Below are positions 50,611 through 61,920 of a stretch of 64,000 nt of DNA, in pieces (the first letter of the stretch is position 1; each line of letters begins with the position of its first letter). Source of the DNA: Octopus bimaculoides (taxonomy: Eukaryota); contig NC_068998.1 of assembly GCF_001194135.2 (NCBI RefSeq), forward strand, positions 36,725,893-36,789,892, read 5' to 3'. The notes under the pieces were generated by a model. The model was not told the origin of the DNA, searched no databases, and worked only from the letters and a program-made list of their open reading frames with translations. Made by a program: the position numbers and the translations under genes.

Positions 50611-53122
50611 AAATGCAAAAGCGCATCAACACATAGACATACACATATTCCCATTGGAGTCCATTATAGTCCGGGAAGGACGACAACTATGTGATGATGT
50701 ATGAACCATAGCTATGACCTGCAGCATCAGAGAGTTTACCTGAGCCAGGGACAACATTGATAAATTAGGGATTCTGGACCTTCTTGAGGCTGTAGGCTAA
50801 AAGCTTTCCTGTTATTTATTTATGTACTTTCTCCCGTCCCCACTGAATGATAACTAAATATTTATTTGCCGCAATCAATGTTTCGAAACACTGAGGAGGA
50901 TCCTGTTACATTGTGCCAGTCTGTTGGTGGACCAAAACTCAGCACCACAAAACAACAAAACACCTAAGAACTGCAGGGTGAGCTTAGTTGTTGTTGCTGT
51001 TGTTGTTGTCTAAGCAGACCAATGATCTTGTGATGAAGCAGCATCCCAGTCGTGAGGTGTCATCGGCACATGTTTCTTTTGTTCTGTTTTCTGTTTGTTT
51101 TGTTTTAGCTACTGTATATAAAGTATCACATTAAAATAGTTATCTTTAAAACGATCTGTTATGATTTAATTGGAGACCTGACAGTATTTTCTAGCAAATA
51201 GAGGATTCTGTATGCACCTCTTTATTATACTTATTAACGACTTTTGAGAATTTTGTACCGATGCAAAATAAATTAAACATCTGGAATCGCTTACACATTG
51301 ACTCGTAGAACTTATTCCTATTGAGGCTTAGAAACTGTACATAACACCAAATGATTTTGTCTCGAACAATTTCACTGTCTCTTTAGTTCATGTCATTCTG
51401 TTTATGTTGAACCTTCGTCGTTCTACTTTCACTTTTGCCAATGCTTTTGAACAAAAATCTCTTGTCAAACCTTACCAAAGTACTTTCTCTGTGACTACAT
51501 CAATTAACATTCCTTTTGATTTGTTTTGAAACTACAGGATAGAAATACTTTCGCTCTGTTTCTCTCATTCATCTCTCTCTCCCTCTCCTCTTATCACTCT
51601 CTTTTTATAACTCCTTCTCTCTCATTCTTAAATCTCTGTTAGTTTTTAATATATTATAGAGTCACTTCTGGGCAGAGACAGCAAGCTAATTTTTCCAAAT
51701 CTTGCCAACTTAATGATGTTAGCTGCTGAAGTTTATTACAGTTGTCATGTTCAACAATCTTTGGCAGTTCCAACTATTTTCGAATAATTTTGCTAATTTT
51801 CTTCCCAACCGAATCCACACTTGACGACGCAACTTTCTAAATAGCCCAATGACCGATTCGGATTTGGCAGATTATCAAAATATAATCGCCATGATTTAAA
51901 AATCAGCAAGCAATTTTGATTGGTTGATAATGTTTGACTGATGTTTGTCTGCTTTTGAATGTTTTCATTTTGATATTTGTTGCGGCATGGAAACCAAGAC
52001 ATCACCAACGGTTCTCCCCCTTTAATATCATGTTTATTTCAACCATTTTTTTACTTCTCTAATTTTTCTTTTTACAGTAAAATAAACATGTCTTATTGGA
52101 TATGGTGAAGAGACATATTAATAAGAGAGCAAAAGTAGCACAATGTGGGTCTTATACTTTTTCCATAAAATTATTAATGATGTAAAACATTTGTATAATA
52201 TCCGCTTTGGTGATTAAGCAAAGGTATTCCGTTTTCCGTTACATTAATGACTGTAAAGACGCCAACAGCACGGAAAAGTATTGTAAAAATATCTCATGAA
52301 AACCGAAATAGGACATTACGGCACGAATCGTTCTTTCATGTTAAAATTATAATTTAATTAAGACATTTAAGATTCTAAAAAGAATGAGATGGTTCTATAC
52401 GTGATTACCTAAAACAAGACATTTTCAGACCCTCGTAATAAATAAGCAAAAAGCAAAAGAAAATAGATATACGTAGTTTATTTAACATGTTCTTTATTCT
52501 TATTTTTCAAACTCAAGCTTTTAATCCCACCAAGTATTATGAAGTGATTACCTTTCTTGACCCAATAGACAGTTAGGGGACCCATGTGACTGAATATCAA
52601 ATTTCGAGAAATATAGTTCAAATAAAGTTATGATCAGTATACATTGTATTATATCGCAATTTGTCATTACCTGCCGAGTTAAGAAACAGTGTTTTGCAGT
52701 CTTAGTTGAAGTTGTTATTATTGTAATGACATAGGTCAGCTCTGATTGATCAGAATTTAGGAACCGAAGTAATTGGTCGAACGACTACACGCTATCCACA
52801 GGTCGTGCTGTTCTTGGTATAAAGTGCAACACATGCTTTTTTGTAGCGCTTCTCCGTGACAAATCTACATTATTCAAACAGTGTTGTTGCTGTGAACCGT
52901 ATGATCTCTTCTCAGCAATCTTATAATCAAAATTTCTCTCTTCGTTATATTCCTCCGTGTATGTAAATATGAATTGATTGACATTAGACCCCGGATAAAA
53001 AAAACGTTGCAATACTTATTACAGTGCTCTGAATTCAAATCTCAACGAGGTCAATTTGCTTTTTAATCTTTCGGGATCTGTAAACCGATTATCATTAAAA
53101 CGCCAATGTAGTCTTCACTCAC

Positions 53123-53185
53123 CACTGCTGTCACAACCAGGACTTTTTCTTGGGTGAAAAGAGCGAGAGGGTAGAACGACTCCAT
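53123..53185 (-). CDS. Candidate first coding exon (MESFYPLALFTQEKVLVVTAV)
   Basis: ATCACCATGG Kozak context, 21 open codons, GTG|gtgagt consensus donor. Confidence 0.3.
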
Positions 53186-53279
53186 GGTGATATGGGCCAA
53201 TAAAAGCATTTACCTGTGGTTTGTGGGTTAATAGTTTGGTACATGTTACAAATCATGCAGAATTCCGAGTGGTGACTCC

Positions 53280-53323
<44 letters not shown>

Positions 53324-53553
53324 AATCCCAAAATCTCCAACGATTCACATGCAGTTATATTTTGAAATATATATATAAATATATATATTATATAATATTA
53401 TATTTCATATTACATATTTTATTAGATTATATTATAAGCTGACAGTCTACTCTGAGTTTTGCTCGGGGCTGAGTTGTTCATGACTGTTTGAATTATGTAA
53501 AAAATATTTCAATATACGGTCATGATATTTACATTACTATGTGTGTATGTGTG

Positions 53554-53612
<59 letters not shown>

Positions 53613-53746
53613 GTATGTGTATATATTCATATATGTATATATATATATATATGTGTGTATATATATTCATATACATATATATATAGAGAGAGAGAGATAT
53701 GTAGAGAGTATATAAAGGTGGACACATACACACACTTATATATCGT

Positions 53747-54122
53747 GCCGGTCCATCGGTTTCGACGATGAGGGTTCCAGTCGATCCGATCAACGGAACA
53801 GCCTGCTCGTGAAATTAATGTGTTTGTGACTGAGCACTCCACAGACATGTGTACCCTTAACGTGGTTCTCGGGGAGATTCAGCGTGACATAGTGTGTGAT
53901 AAGGCTGGCCCTTTGGAATACATGTTCAACAGAAACAGGAAGAAAGAGTGAAAGTTGTGGTGAATGAGTACAGCAGGGTTTACCACCACTCGCTTTCGGA
54001 GCCTCGTGGAGCTTTAGGAGTTTTTGCTCAATAAACACTCGCAACGCCCAGTCTGGGAATTGAAACCGCGATCCCACGACTGCGAGTCCGCTGCCCTAAT
54101 CACTGGGCCATTGCACCTCCAC
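53747..54122 (-). mobile_element. SINE family D: full-length tRNA-derived SINE with RTE-like 3' tail
   Basis: Head GGAGGTGCAATGGCCCAGTGATTAGGGCAGCGGACTCGCAG...GGTTTCAATTCC (A and B boxes); tail AACCCTCATCGTCGAAACCGATGGAC. Confidence 0.85.
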
Positions 54123-54228
54123 TCTTATATATACACATGTACAAGCACACATTTATCTATATATGCATCTTTATATCGTATGTACCTATCTATATATGCA
54201 TATGAATATGTATATATATATATGTGTG

Positions 54229-54268
<40 letters not shown>

Positions 54269-54804
54269 TGTGTGTGTGTGTTTGTGTGTGTGTGTATATA
54301 TGTATATGCACATTCATGTATGTGCATATGTATATATACAACTGCATGCATATACATACACACAAACATATGGATAGGGTAAGAGAACGAGGAAGAGAGG
54401 GGAAGGGTGGAAGGGAAATGAGAAAATTAGAGACACAGAAACAGAGAAAGGTAATGAAACAAATACATGGACATTAAGACGGAAACAAAGACACAGAGAA
54501 AAAAATGGGAAAGAGCACAACAGAGAGAAGACACGAAAGAAAGGGACATATAAAAGAATACGTGAGAAAGAACATATTTAAGAGACAAACTGAAACAACA
54601 CGCGACATGGAAGGATAGAATAGGGAGAATATATAAAACGAAAATATATGAACAACAATACAAGTGGGAAATATATAATACTGGGATGCGTGTTAAAGCG
54701 GACAACTATGAATCAAAATAACTAATTTATTCATGCTTCTCTGTCTCACCTGAATATTTGACTGATTCACAATAAATGTTATTTTTACAGAATATCTTTT
54801 AAAT

Positions 54805-55160
54805 TTTATTTGTTTTAGTCATTGGGTTACGACCATACTGGGGCATCGCCTTGAATGATTTAAAGTCGTACAAATCGACCCCACTTCTTGTTATTTTTTT
54901 AATGCCTGGTAGTTACTCTATCGGTCTCTTTTGCCGAAAACCACTAAGTTGCGGAGACGTACACACACTTATACCGGTTGACAAACATCGTGGTAGAATA
55001 TTCACAAACACACACACACACACACACACGACGGGCTTCGACACAGTTTCCCTTACCAAATTCATTCACAAGGTCTCACAAGGCATTAGTCGGCCCTGTG
55101 TAGAAACTGCCCGTGGCGCAGCGAACTGGATCGGAAACCACATGGTTGTGAAGTGAGCTT
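54805..55160 (-). mobile_element. SINE family A, near full length with internal (CA)n
   Basis: Both halves are recognisable around ACACACACACACGACGGGCTT. Confidence 0.85.
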
Positions 55161-55439
55161 CTCATTTACGCTTGAATATTTGGCTGATTCTTAATAAATG
55201 TTTTAATACGTGTTTTGTGAAGAAATATTAAATGTCAACTAGGTTTTAATCTCATTTTGAAAGTGTGGAAAAGATTCGTACCTAGAGCTTCTCATCACCA
55301 GCATTCCTATCCTGGGTGAAATAATGCTCAATAGGGACTTTATAAGATCAGTGTTCGGATGGGATTAGAAAGGATTTCAATTCTGACTCCATTCTATATC
55401 CATTCACTAAAATCGTATAGACATTTGAAAATGTAGCCG

Positions 55440-55640
55440 TGTAGATGATCGAGAAGGTTAGACATTATAGAGATTGGGAGAAAAGAAGTCAGATAGGTAT
55501 TCACAAAATATTAAAGTACAAGTGGAATGTAATCAGCAGGTTCAGAAAGGCAAGGTCAGATATTGTGTTAGTGTACAAAAAACAAAAACAAAAAAAAACA
55601 CATGATGGATTGCAGATATGCAGTGTGCCAAATAGAGCTT
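55440..55640 (+). mobile_element. Possible second R4/R2-type RLE remnant
   Basis: RKARSDIVLVYKK followed by frameshifted WIAD..VP, resembling RPDIV.VDKK...IID.AVP. Confidence 0.4.
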
Positions 55641-55959
55641 GGGTTAAGTTAGCTTTCATTTGAACGCAATCCAAAATATGCATATGACTGATGCATACTG
55701 CAACGGATATATATGTGCACTCCTGCAGTTTTCAGCATCAAGGAATAATTTAGACATAAACTTTGATGTGAACATTTGCCAACGATCTTTGTATCAAGTC
55801 GTAGTATAATTGTTCTCTCGTAATCAGACTATCATTTCAAATGGAAGCAGCTGATACCTACCACGACTTGGCGTAATGCATCGCGAACATTCTTTACAAA
55901 GGACTATTATAATCTGCTGTGAATGATAGTATTTGGCTGAGGTATAAAGCCGTAGCCGT

Positions 55960-55979
55960 AGCTGCAGCAGCAGGAGCAG

Positions 55980-56048
<69 letters not shown>

Positions 56049-56049
56049 A

Positions 56050-56081
<32 letters not shown>

Positions 56082-56086
56082 TAGTT
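55960..56086. repeat. (AGC)n(AGT)n compound array
   Basis: Direct reading. Confidence 0.95.
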
Positions 56087-56128
56087 AGACATCGACTTCA
56101 AAAAGAGTCTAAATCTTTCATGTCTGAC

Positions 56129-56146
56129 CTATTTCCGGTTGATAAA
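56129..56146 (-). CDS. Candidate 18-nt micro-exon
   Basis: ttattcgttctgtttctcttcag|TTTATCAACCGGAAATAG|gtcaga; strong acceptor, moderate donor. Confidence 0.2.
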   Translation of the reverse strand, partial: FINRK

Positions 56147-56851
56147 CTGAAGAGAAACAGAACGAATAAAAAAGATGGACAGGAAATGAATGTGGAAAAA
56201 TCCCTAGCATTCTTTTGTGGCCCTAAATAGGGGCCAATGGTAAAGTAATTTGTATACAAAATAGAAAAAAAAAAAACAGATAGAAAGAAATAGGAAGGAG
56301 GAAGGAAGAGGCGGTGGTTGTATAGAATTCCGGATGTGAGAGAGTAGAATAACAGACGTTTTTGTATTTAACTTACAACTGAAGAACAATAAGGAAGGGA
56401 GATAAGTAAACAAAAAGCAACAATGTGTGCGTGTGTCTGAAGATATATGTACGTGTAAGAATGTATGTATATGTATATGTATGTGTGTGTATGTATGTGC
56501 ATGTGTGTGTATGTATGTGCATATGTGTATGTACATGTGCGAGTGTGTGTATTTCTTTCTCTATCTCACAATACGCACACACATACATATATATACATAT
56601 CTATCGAGCTATCTCTTTGTACATATTATTCATAGATACACATGTGTATAAACGTTTGCGTGTGTGTGTAAATGTATGGGCATGTGTGTATGTATGTGAA
56701 TGTGTGTGTGTGTATTATTGTGTATGCTTATGTACAATTGCGTTCTGTATAATTGTAATTGCAGGCATATATCTGACGAGTGCATACTTTTTGACGTATA
56801 TGCTGCAAGTTTGTGCATGTGTGTTATGCGTATATGATTTCGTGTGTGTGC

Positions 56852-56898
<47 letters not shown>

Positions 56899-56984
56899 TG
56901 TGTGTGTGCATGTGTGTTTGTGTATTATTAGGCAGACATGGCTTATACCTATGTTAAAATTTTTTTTATCAAATTGACAATGCG

Positions 56985-57750
56985 GAGGCGGCAAACTGGC
57001 AGGATTGTTAGCACGTCGGATGGACAAAAATGTTAAGTGGCTTTTCGTCACTCTCTATGTCCTGAGTCCCAATTCCACCTTTCGACCTTTCGAGGCTGAG
57101 GAAATTAGTACCAGTTGAGCACTGGGGTCGATGCGACTGACTTGATCCTCTCCCAAATTTTCTGGCCTTGTGCGTATCGTCGAAATGATTAAGATGAGAT
57201 GAATCTGGATTGAAGGAGCGTTTTACAGTCGGAAAAACGCCATGCAGTAATTGTTCCAACTTTTTACATCATAATTTGAAATCACACTGTAGTCAACTTT
57301 ACGTTTCATCTTTTCAAGGTGTATAGGGTAAAGAACCATTCAATTACTGGCGTAATGTAATCGATTAACTCCTTCCCCGGAAATTGCTGGCCTGGTGCCA
57401 AAATTTCGAAGAATAATGATTATGCAAGGAAAAGCAATATGTGAGCAGAACCGTTAGCACGTCCGACAAAATGCTTTGTAGCATTTCCTCCCAAGTTCCT
57501 TACGTTCTGAGTTCAAATACCACCGAGATCGAGTTTGCCAGCCATCCTTTAACCGACTTCTCTCTATTCGTAAAACTGTTGGCCTTGCGTCAAAATTTGA
57601 AGCAAGGTAACGAACTTGCAGAACCATTACCGCGCTGGACAAAATGCTTAGCGACATTTCTTGTGCTTCACGTTTAGCATTCAAATGACGCCAAGCTGTA
57701 CTTTGCCTCTCATCCTTTCAAGGTCAACAAAATATTTACCAGTTGAGCAC
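56985..57750 (+). mobile_element. Cluster of four head-to-tail SINE family B copies
   Basis: Units start near 56985, 57270, 57445 and 57605, each with GTTAGCACG or GCCTTG(T/C)G motifs. Confidence 0.8.
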
Positions 57751-57988
57751 TAGTAACCAAATACCGGAAGAAAGTGTGTCCGATGCGCAAACGATTCTGT
57801 CAATCTACTACCCTTGCTTTTCAATTTAGACTGAAGGCCTGCAGTTTTGTGGGAAAGAAGTTAAACGATCGACACGATTGTTCCCACGTCTTGTCTATTA
57901 CTTCATTTCAACGACTCCGTCGGGATGAAAACCAAAAACGTTTGAAGTGATAAATATCGTGGAAATAAGGCCTACGGTGATTAGTTAC

Positions 57989-58040
57989 CTTCTAGAAATG
58001 CCCTATCATCCGTCCCCTCAGGGTCTCTAGAGTTACTATT
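57989..58040 (-). CDS. Candidate 52-nt exon (NSNSRDPEGTDDRAFLE in phase 0)
   Basis: gctgcttttcttttaatattcag|...CTAGAAG|gtaact; only one frame is open. Confidence 0.25.
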
Positions 58041-59063
58041 CTGAATATTAAAAGAAAAGCAGCATTGAAAATAGAATTTCAAAATTAAATATCCACTACA
58101 TAAGCCCCAACCACCACCATTACGTATACGTAATTCGCCTGCATTTCTGTTTTGATATTAAAAACTTTCATCTGTTAGACTGATGGTTGTGGTTACAGGT
58201 TGTGCTACAGCACTGAGAGTAACTACTCTTGCATAATACTTATACCAGAATAATTAGATTTATAAACATACCAACGTTAAGCTCTTTCTCTTCTTAATGT
58301 AACTAGATTTTCGTTTCTGAGGGTGTATTATTAAGTTTGAACAAAGCTTTAAGACCTGAATATATAATGATACTGCAAGAATAGAAGAATTATAAAGGAA
58401 ATTTATCATCTTTGGAAGGATTTATTATCTTTGGTGCACTCACCTAACACATGCAGAGTAGATGTTTCTGATTTCTAACATTTAAATATATTACAATTCT
58501 TTCACCACTTTAACTCTGATATATTCCTCCCTCCTGGAGCTATTGTATATTCCTCCTACCTAAAGTTATTGTATACTGATTTATTCTGTCATTTAATATT
58601 TATATAATACTCCTCCCTCCATCGAATGCGGTTGCCGTTACAAAGGGTGTACTAGCGTACTAAACTGACAAATGTAGCATAAGTAATACTTAAAAGTAAA
58701 CATACCAGCTTTAGGCTATTTCTGTACATATGGCTTTAAGCTGGCTTAATCTTTGTTTCTGAGTGTGTACTATTAGATTTGATATTAATCTGCAATAAGG
58801 TTATATCAGAATACTATAAAGACAGAATTATTATACAGAAAATTTACCATTTCTGATGGGAATATAGTACTCACTCACACAGACAAAATATATGCTCTTG
58901 CTTACGCCTGTCTAAATTTTTGCTATGTTGATATCGTTTCAATCCCAATATTAAAATTTAATATGTATCTAATATAGATATACACTCCATGTAACTGTAT
59001 GCGCCTACTATATACTTCGGTATAGATCATCTAACAATATACGCCAACTAAATACTCTCATAT

Positions 59064-59423
59064 AAAGGGCAAAGCCCCGAGTGACCATGGGATTGCACCT
59101 ATAAAGTTCCAAGACGCAGGACCGGACAAGTACGTTTTGTGAAAGATCAGCAGTCACCCATGAATACCAAATTCCCCTCTCCACGCCAATGATGCTATCC
59201 AAGGGAAAGGCAAAGGGCTGTAGAAATGAGTTGCGACGTCACTGGTGCCAAGCTGTATCAGCCATTGCTTTCCCCTTGGATAACGTCGGTGGCATGGAGA
59301 GGAAGACTCGTATACATGGGCGACTGCTAGTCTTCCATAAACAACGTTGCCCCAGACTTGTGCTCTGTGGGGAAACTTTCTAGGGGCAATCCAAAGATCA
59401 TTTATGACCAAAGGGGGTCTTTA
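59064..59423. mobile_element. Two head-less SINE family C 3' halves in inverted orientation
   Basis: 59064-59216 pairs with 59262-59423 (GGATTGCxCCTAxAAAG...CAGCAGTCxCCCATG...CTCTCCAxGCCA...TATCCAAGGG) around a ~45-nt loop. Confidence 0.8.
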
Positions 59424-59499
59424 TACTCTCATATACTAATTACTTTTAAGGACACCATATTTCGTTATGTGCAACCATAATTTACTACAAAGTATATTC

Positions 59500-59712
59500 T
59501 TTTCTACTCTAGGCACAAGGTCCGAAATTTTGGGGGAGGGGCTACTCAATTAATTCGACCCCAATACGCAACTGGTGCTTAGTTTATCGACCCCGAAAGG
59601 ATGAAAGGCAAAGTCAAACTCGGCGAAATTTGAATTCAGAACGTAAAGACAGACGAAATACCGCTAATCATTTCGCCTGGCGTGCTAACGTTTCTGCCAG
59701 CTCACCGCCTTA
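59500..59712 (-). mobile_element. SINE family B, full-length young copy
   Basis: Reverse complement: AAGGCGGTGAGCTGGCAGAAACGTTAGCACGCCAGGCG...CCTTGTGCCTAGAGTAGAAAAGAATA. Confidence 0.92.
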
Positions 59713-60423
59713 CTACCAAGAATATTAAATGATTTGTAAGTCAATACAGTGTCCTACCGTGTTCGTAGTGCTATTCAATCACTTTTTAAGGTTACCCCTA
59801 CAGATTTTCTATAGAAAAATATAATTTAATATATATATTTTATCAAACTATATACATCTACCCCTGGCATACGGTCATAGGTGTGACATGTTGCGCTGCC
59901 ATGTTGGAAAAACTATTTTCGCATGAGATTTACTGAAAAATAAAGATGGACACGTTAAACTATTTCTGTACATAATACAGCTTAATCTTTCCAACGAAGT
60001 ATGTATTATTAGATTTAAAAACAAATTACAACCAGATTATATCACCATAATACTGCAAGAAGAAGAATTCTTATAAAGAATATTCGCTGCTTTTGAAGGG
60101 CGAGCAGAGCTCACCTACCACACCCGTTATGTACGCCGCTGGCAGGAGTCTTCTCATTGGTTATCTTATATTTGTGTTGGTGCTGCAAAATTGCTAATCT
60201 ATTTGTCTATTCTAGTATACCTATTATTATTATGGGATTATTATTTCTAGTTTTCAATCTCTCTCGACCTTTCTATTTCCAGGTGTTTTATATTTGGATA
60301 TTTTTCTCGTCTACCTTTTACTGATAATATATTGTCGTCTACTGGGAATGATATATCTACCAGGAGACATCTAATTCTCTGAAGTCGCTCATCATCAACC
60401 CCCACCACCATCACCACCACAAC

Positions 60424-60505
60424 CTTCTTCTTCTTCTTCTTCTTCTTCTTCTTCTTCTTCTTCTTCTTCTTCTTCTTCTTCTTCTTCTTCTTCTTCTTCT
60501 TCTTC
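60424..60505. repeat. (CTT)n array
   Basis: Direct reading. Confidence 0.95.
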
Positions 60506-60724
60506 GTTTGGTGCTGTTACCGTTGCTATTATCATTATGGCAATGAGAGTGATGAGTGGAGAGTGATGAGTGGAGAGTGATGTAGTGCAGTATTTATTTA
60601 TTTATTTATTTATTCATTTATTTATTTATTTTTCTGTTAATTCCGTTACGTTCCGATATTGATTCCACCCGGATTTGACTTCATCTTTAATCATTCCATG
60701 CACCAATGATAAAGTAACGATGGC

Positions 60725-60726
<2 letters not shown>

Positions 60727-60804
<78 letters not shown>

Positions 60805-61016
60805 GAGCGGTGAAAGTTGGCAGACTCGTTAGCTCACCAGACAAAATGCTTAGTGGTATTTCGTCCGTCTTTTCGTTCTGGGTTTCAATTCCGCCGAGGT
60901 CGACTTAGCCTTTCATCTCTTCCGGGGTCGATAATAAAACAAGTTGAATACTGGGAGTTGATGCAATCGACTTACCCCTTCCCCGAAACTGCTAACCCTG
61001 TGCCAAAATTTGAAAG

Positions 61017-61058
<42 letters not shown>

Positions 61059-61240
61059 GTCGGTGAGCTGGATGAATCATTAGCTCTACGGGCAAAATAG
61101 TTCAATTCCACCAAAGTCGACTTTGTCTTTCATCCTTTTCAGGACGATAAATTAAGTAATAGTGAAAGACTGGGGTCGATGTAATCGATTAGTCGCCCCC
61201 CACAAAATTTCAGGCCTTGTGCATTTAGTAGAAAGGATTA
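60727..61240 (+). mobile_element. (ATT)n - SINE B - (ATT)n - SINE B tandem
   Basis: Copies at 60805-61018 and 61058-61240, each starting immediately after an (ATT)n run. Confidence 0.88.
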
Positions 61241-61242
61241 AT

Positions 61243-61920
61243 ATTATCTCCTCCAAGGAAGGAGGTTATGTTTTCATCGGCGTTGGTTTTTCCGTCGTCT
61301 CTCTGTGTGCAAAATAACTCAAAAGTTGTGAACGGTATTTGATGAAACTTGCAGAAAAGGTTGGAAATGACACAAGGAACAGATGATGGAAGTTTGGTAG
61401 TGATCCAAAAAATATTATGGATTCTCGAAGGATTTTTCATTTGTTATAGTTACTTTACATGAAGTATTGCAATGTTACTGTGAAGTCTTTCTCTGATTAT
61501 CTCCCTTGAAAACACGTTCATGGTTTTCACGTAACCTATGGTGGCGTTGCTATTTCCAAAGTTTTATTTTCGTTTCTCTATTTGTAATTTTACTCGCGTA
61601 TCTATTTTACTAGAAACTGATGATGGATGAAGAGATCAAACTACATAAACAAACGGCAGCGAAACAGTTCAAAAATGAAAGCGGACAAAACTCTTCAAAA
61701 TGTTGATGTGTTTTGTTTCGTGGAAACGTTCTTGAAGCAGAATCAACAAGTAGCATCCATCCTACCGCAGTCGAAGATCGTTCGAGCAGAGAGGCCTACT
61801 GCACTGGGGCGTGGAGTTTGGGTGATGACTGTTGCCAAGCAGGAGGTCGCCCCTACGGATATACATCTGAATGTCAGTGGCTTAGAGTACACCGCTGTCG
61901 GGATGACCATCTCGTTATGA
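61243..61920 (+). mobile_element. Helentron-like (HINE-type) element with an AP/EEP endonuclease fragment
   Basis: 5' end ATTATCTCCTCCAAGGAAGGAGGTTATGTTTTCATCGGCGTTGGT...TGATGAAACTTGCAG...CACAAGGAACA resembles recalled Helentron-associated non-autonomous elements. ORF 61627-61920 contains DVFCFVETFL, IVRAER..GRGVWVM and LEYTAV. Confidence 0.65.
61627..61920 (+). pseudogene. Exonuclease-endonuclease-phosphatase (AP endonuclease) domain fragment, truncated by a SINE
   Basis: KMKADKTLQNVDVFCFVETFLK carries the D....ET.L metal-binding motif; the stop coincides with the SINE B head at 61920. Confidence 0.75.

Larger units (their letters stand above)
58262..60122. repeat. Three diverged same-orientation ~180-bp units (58262-58450, 58696-58880, 59944-60122)
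   Basis: Shared blocks CTATTTCTGTACATA, TGTA(T/C)TATTA(GA/AG)TTT and ATACTGCAAGAA..GAAGAATT..TATAAAG; each unit ends in (A/G)CTCAC, a minus-strand GTGAG donor. Confidence 0.8.

Noticed and set aside
50324-50686. 120-aa minus-strand ORF
   Set aside because: It runs through a degenerate SINE A copy and has no domain signature.
54040-54122. tRNA-like sequence with A and B boxes
   Set aside because: It is the head of SINE D, continuing into a SINE body and LINE-like tail; no complete cloverleaf. The same applies to other SINE heads.
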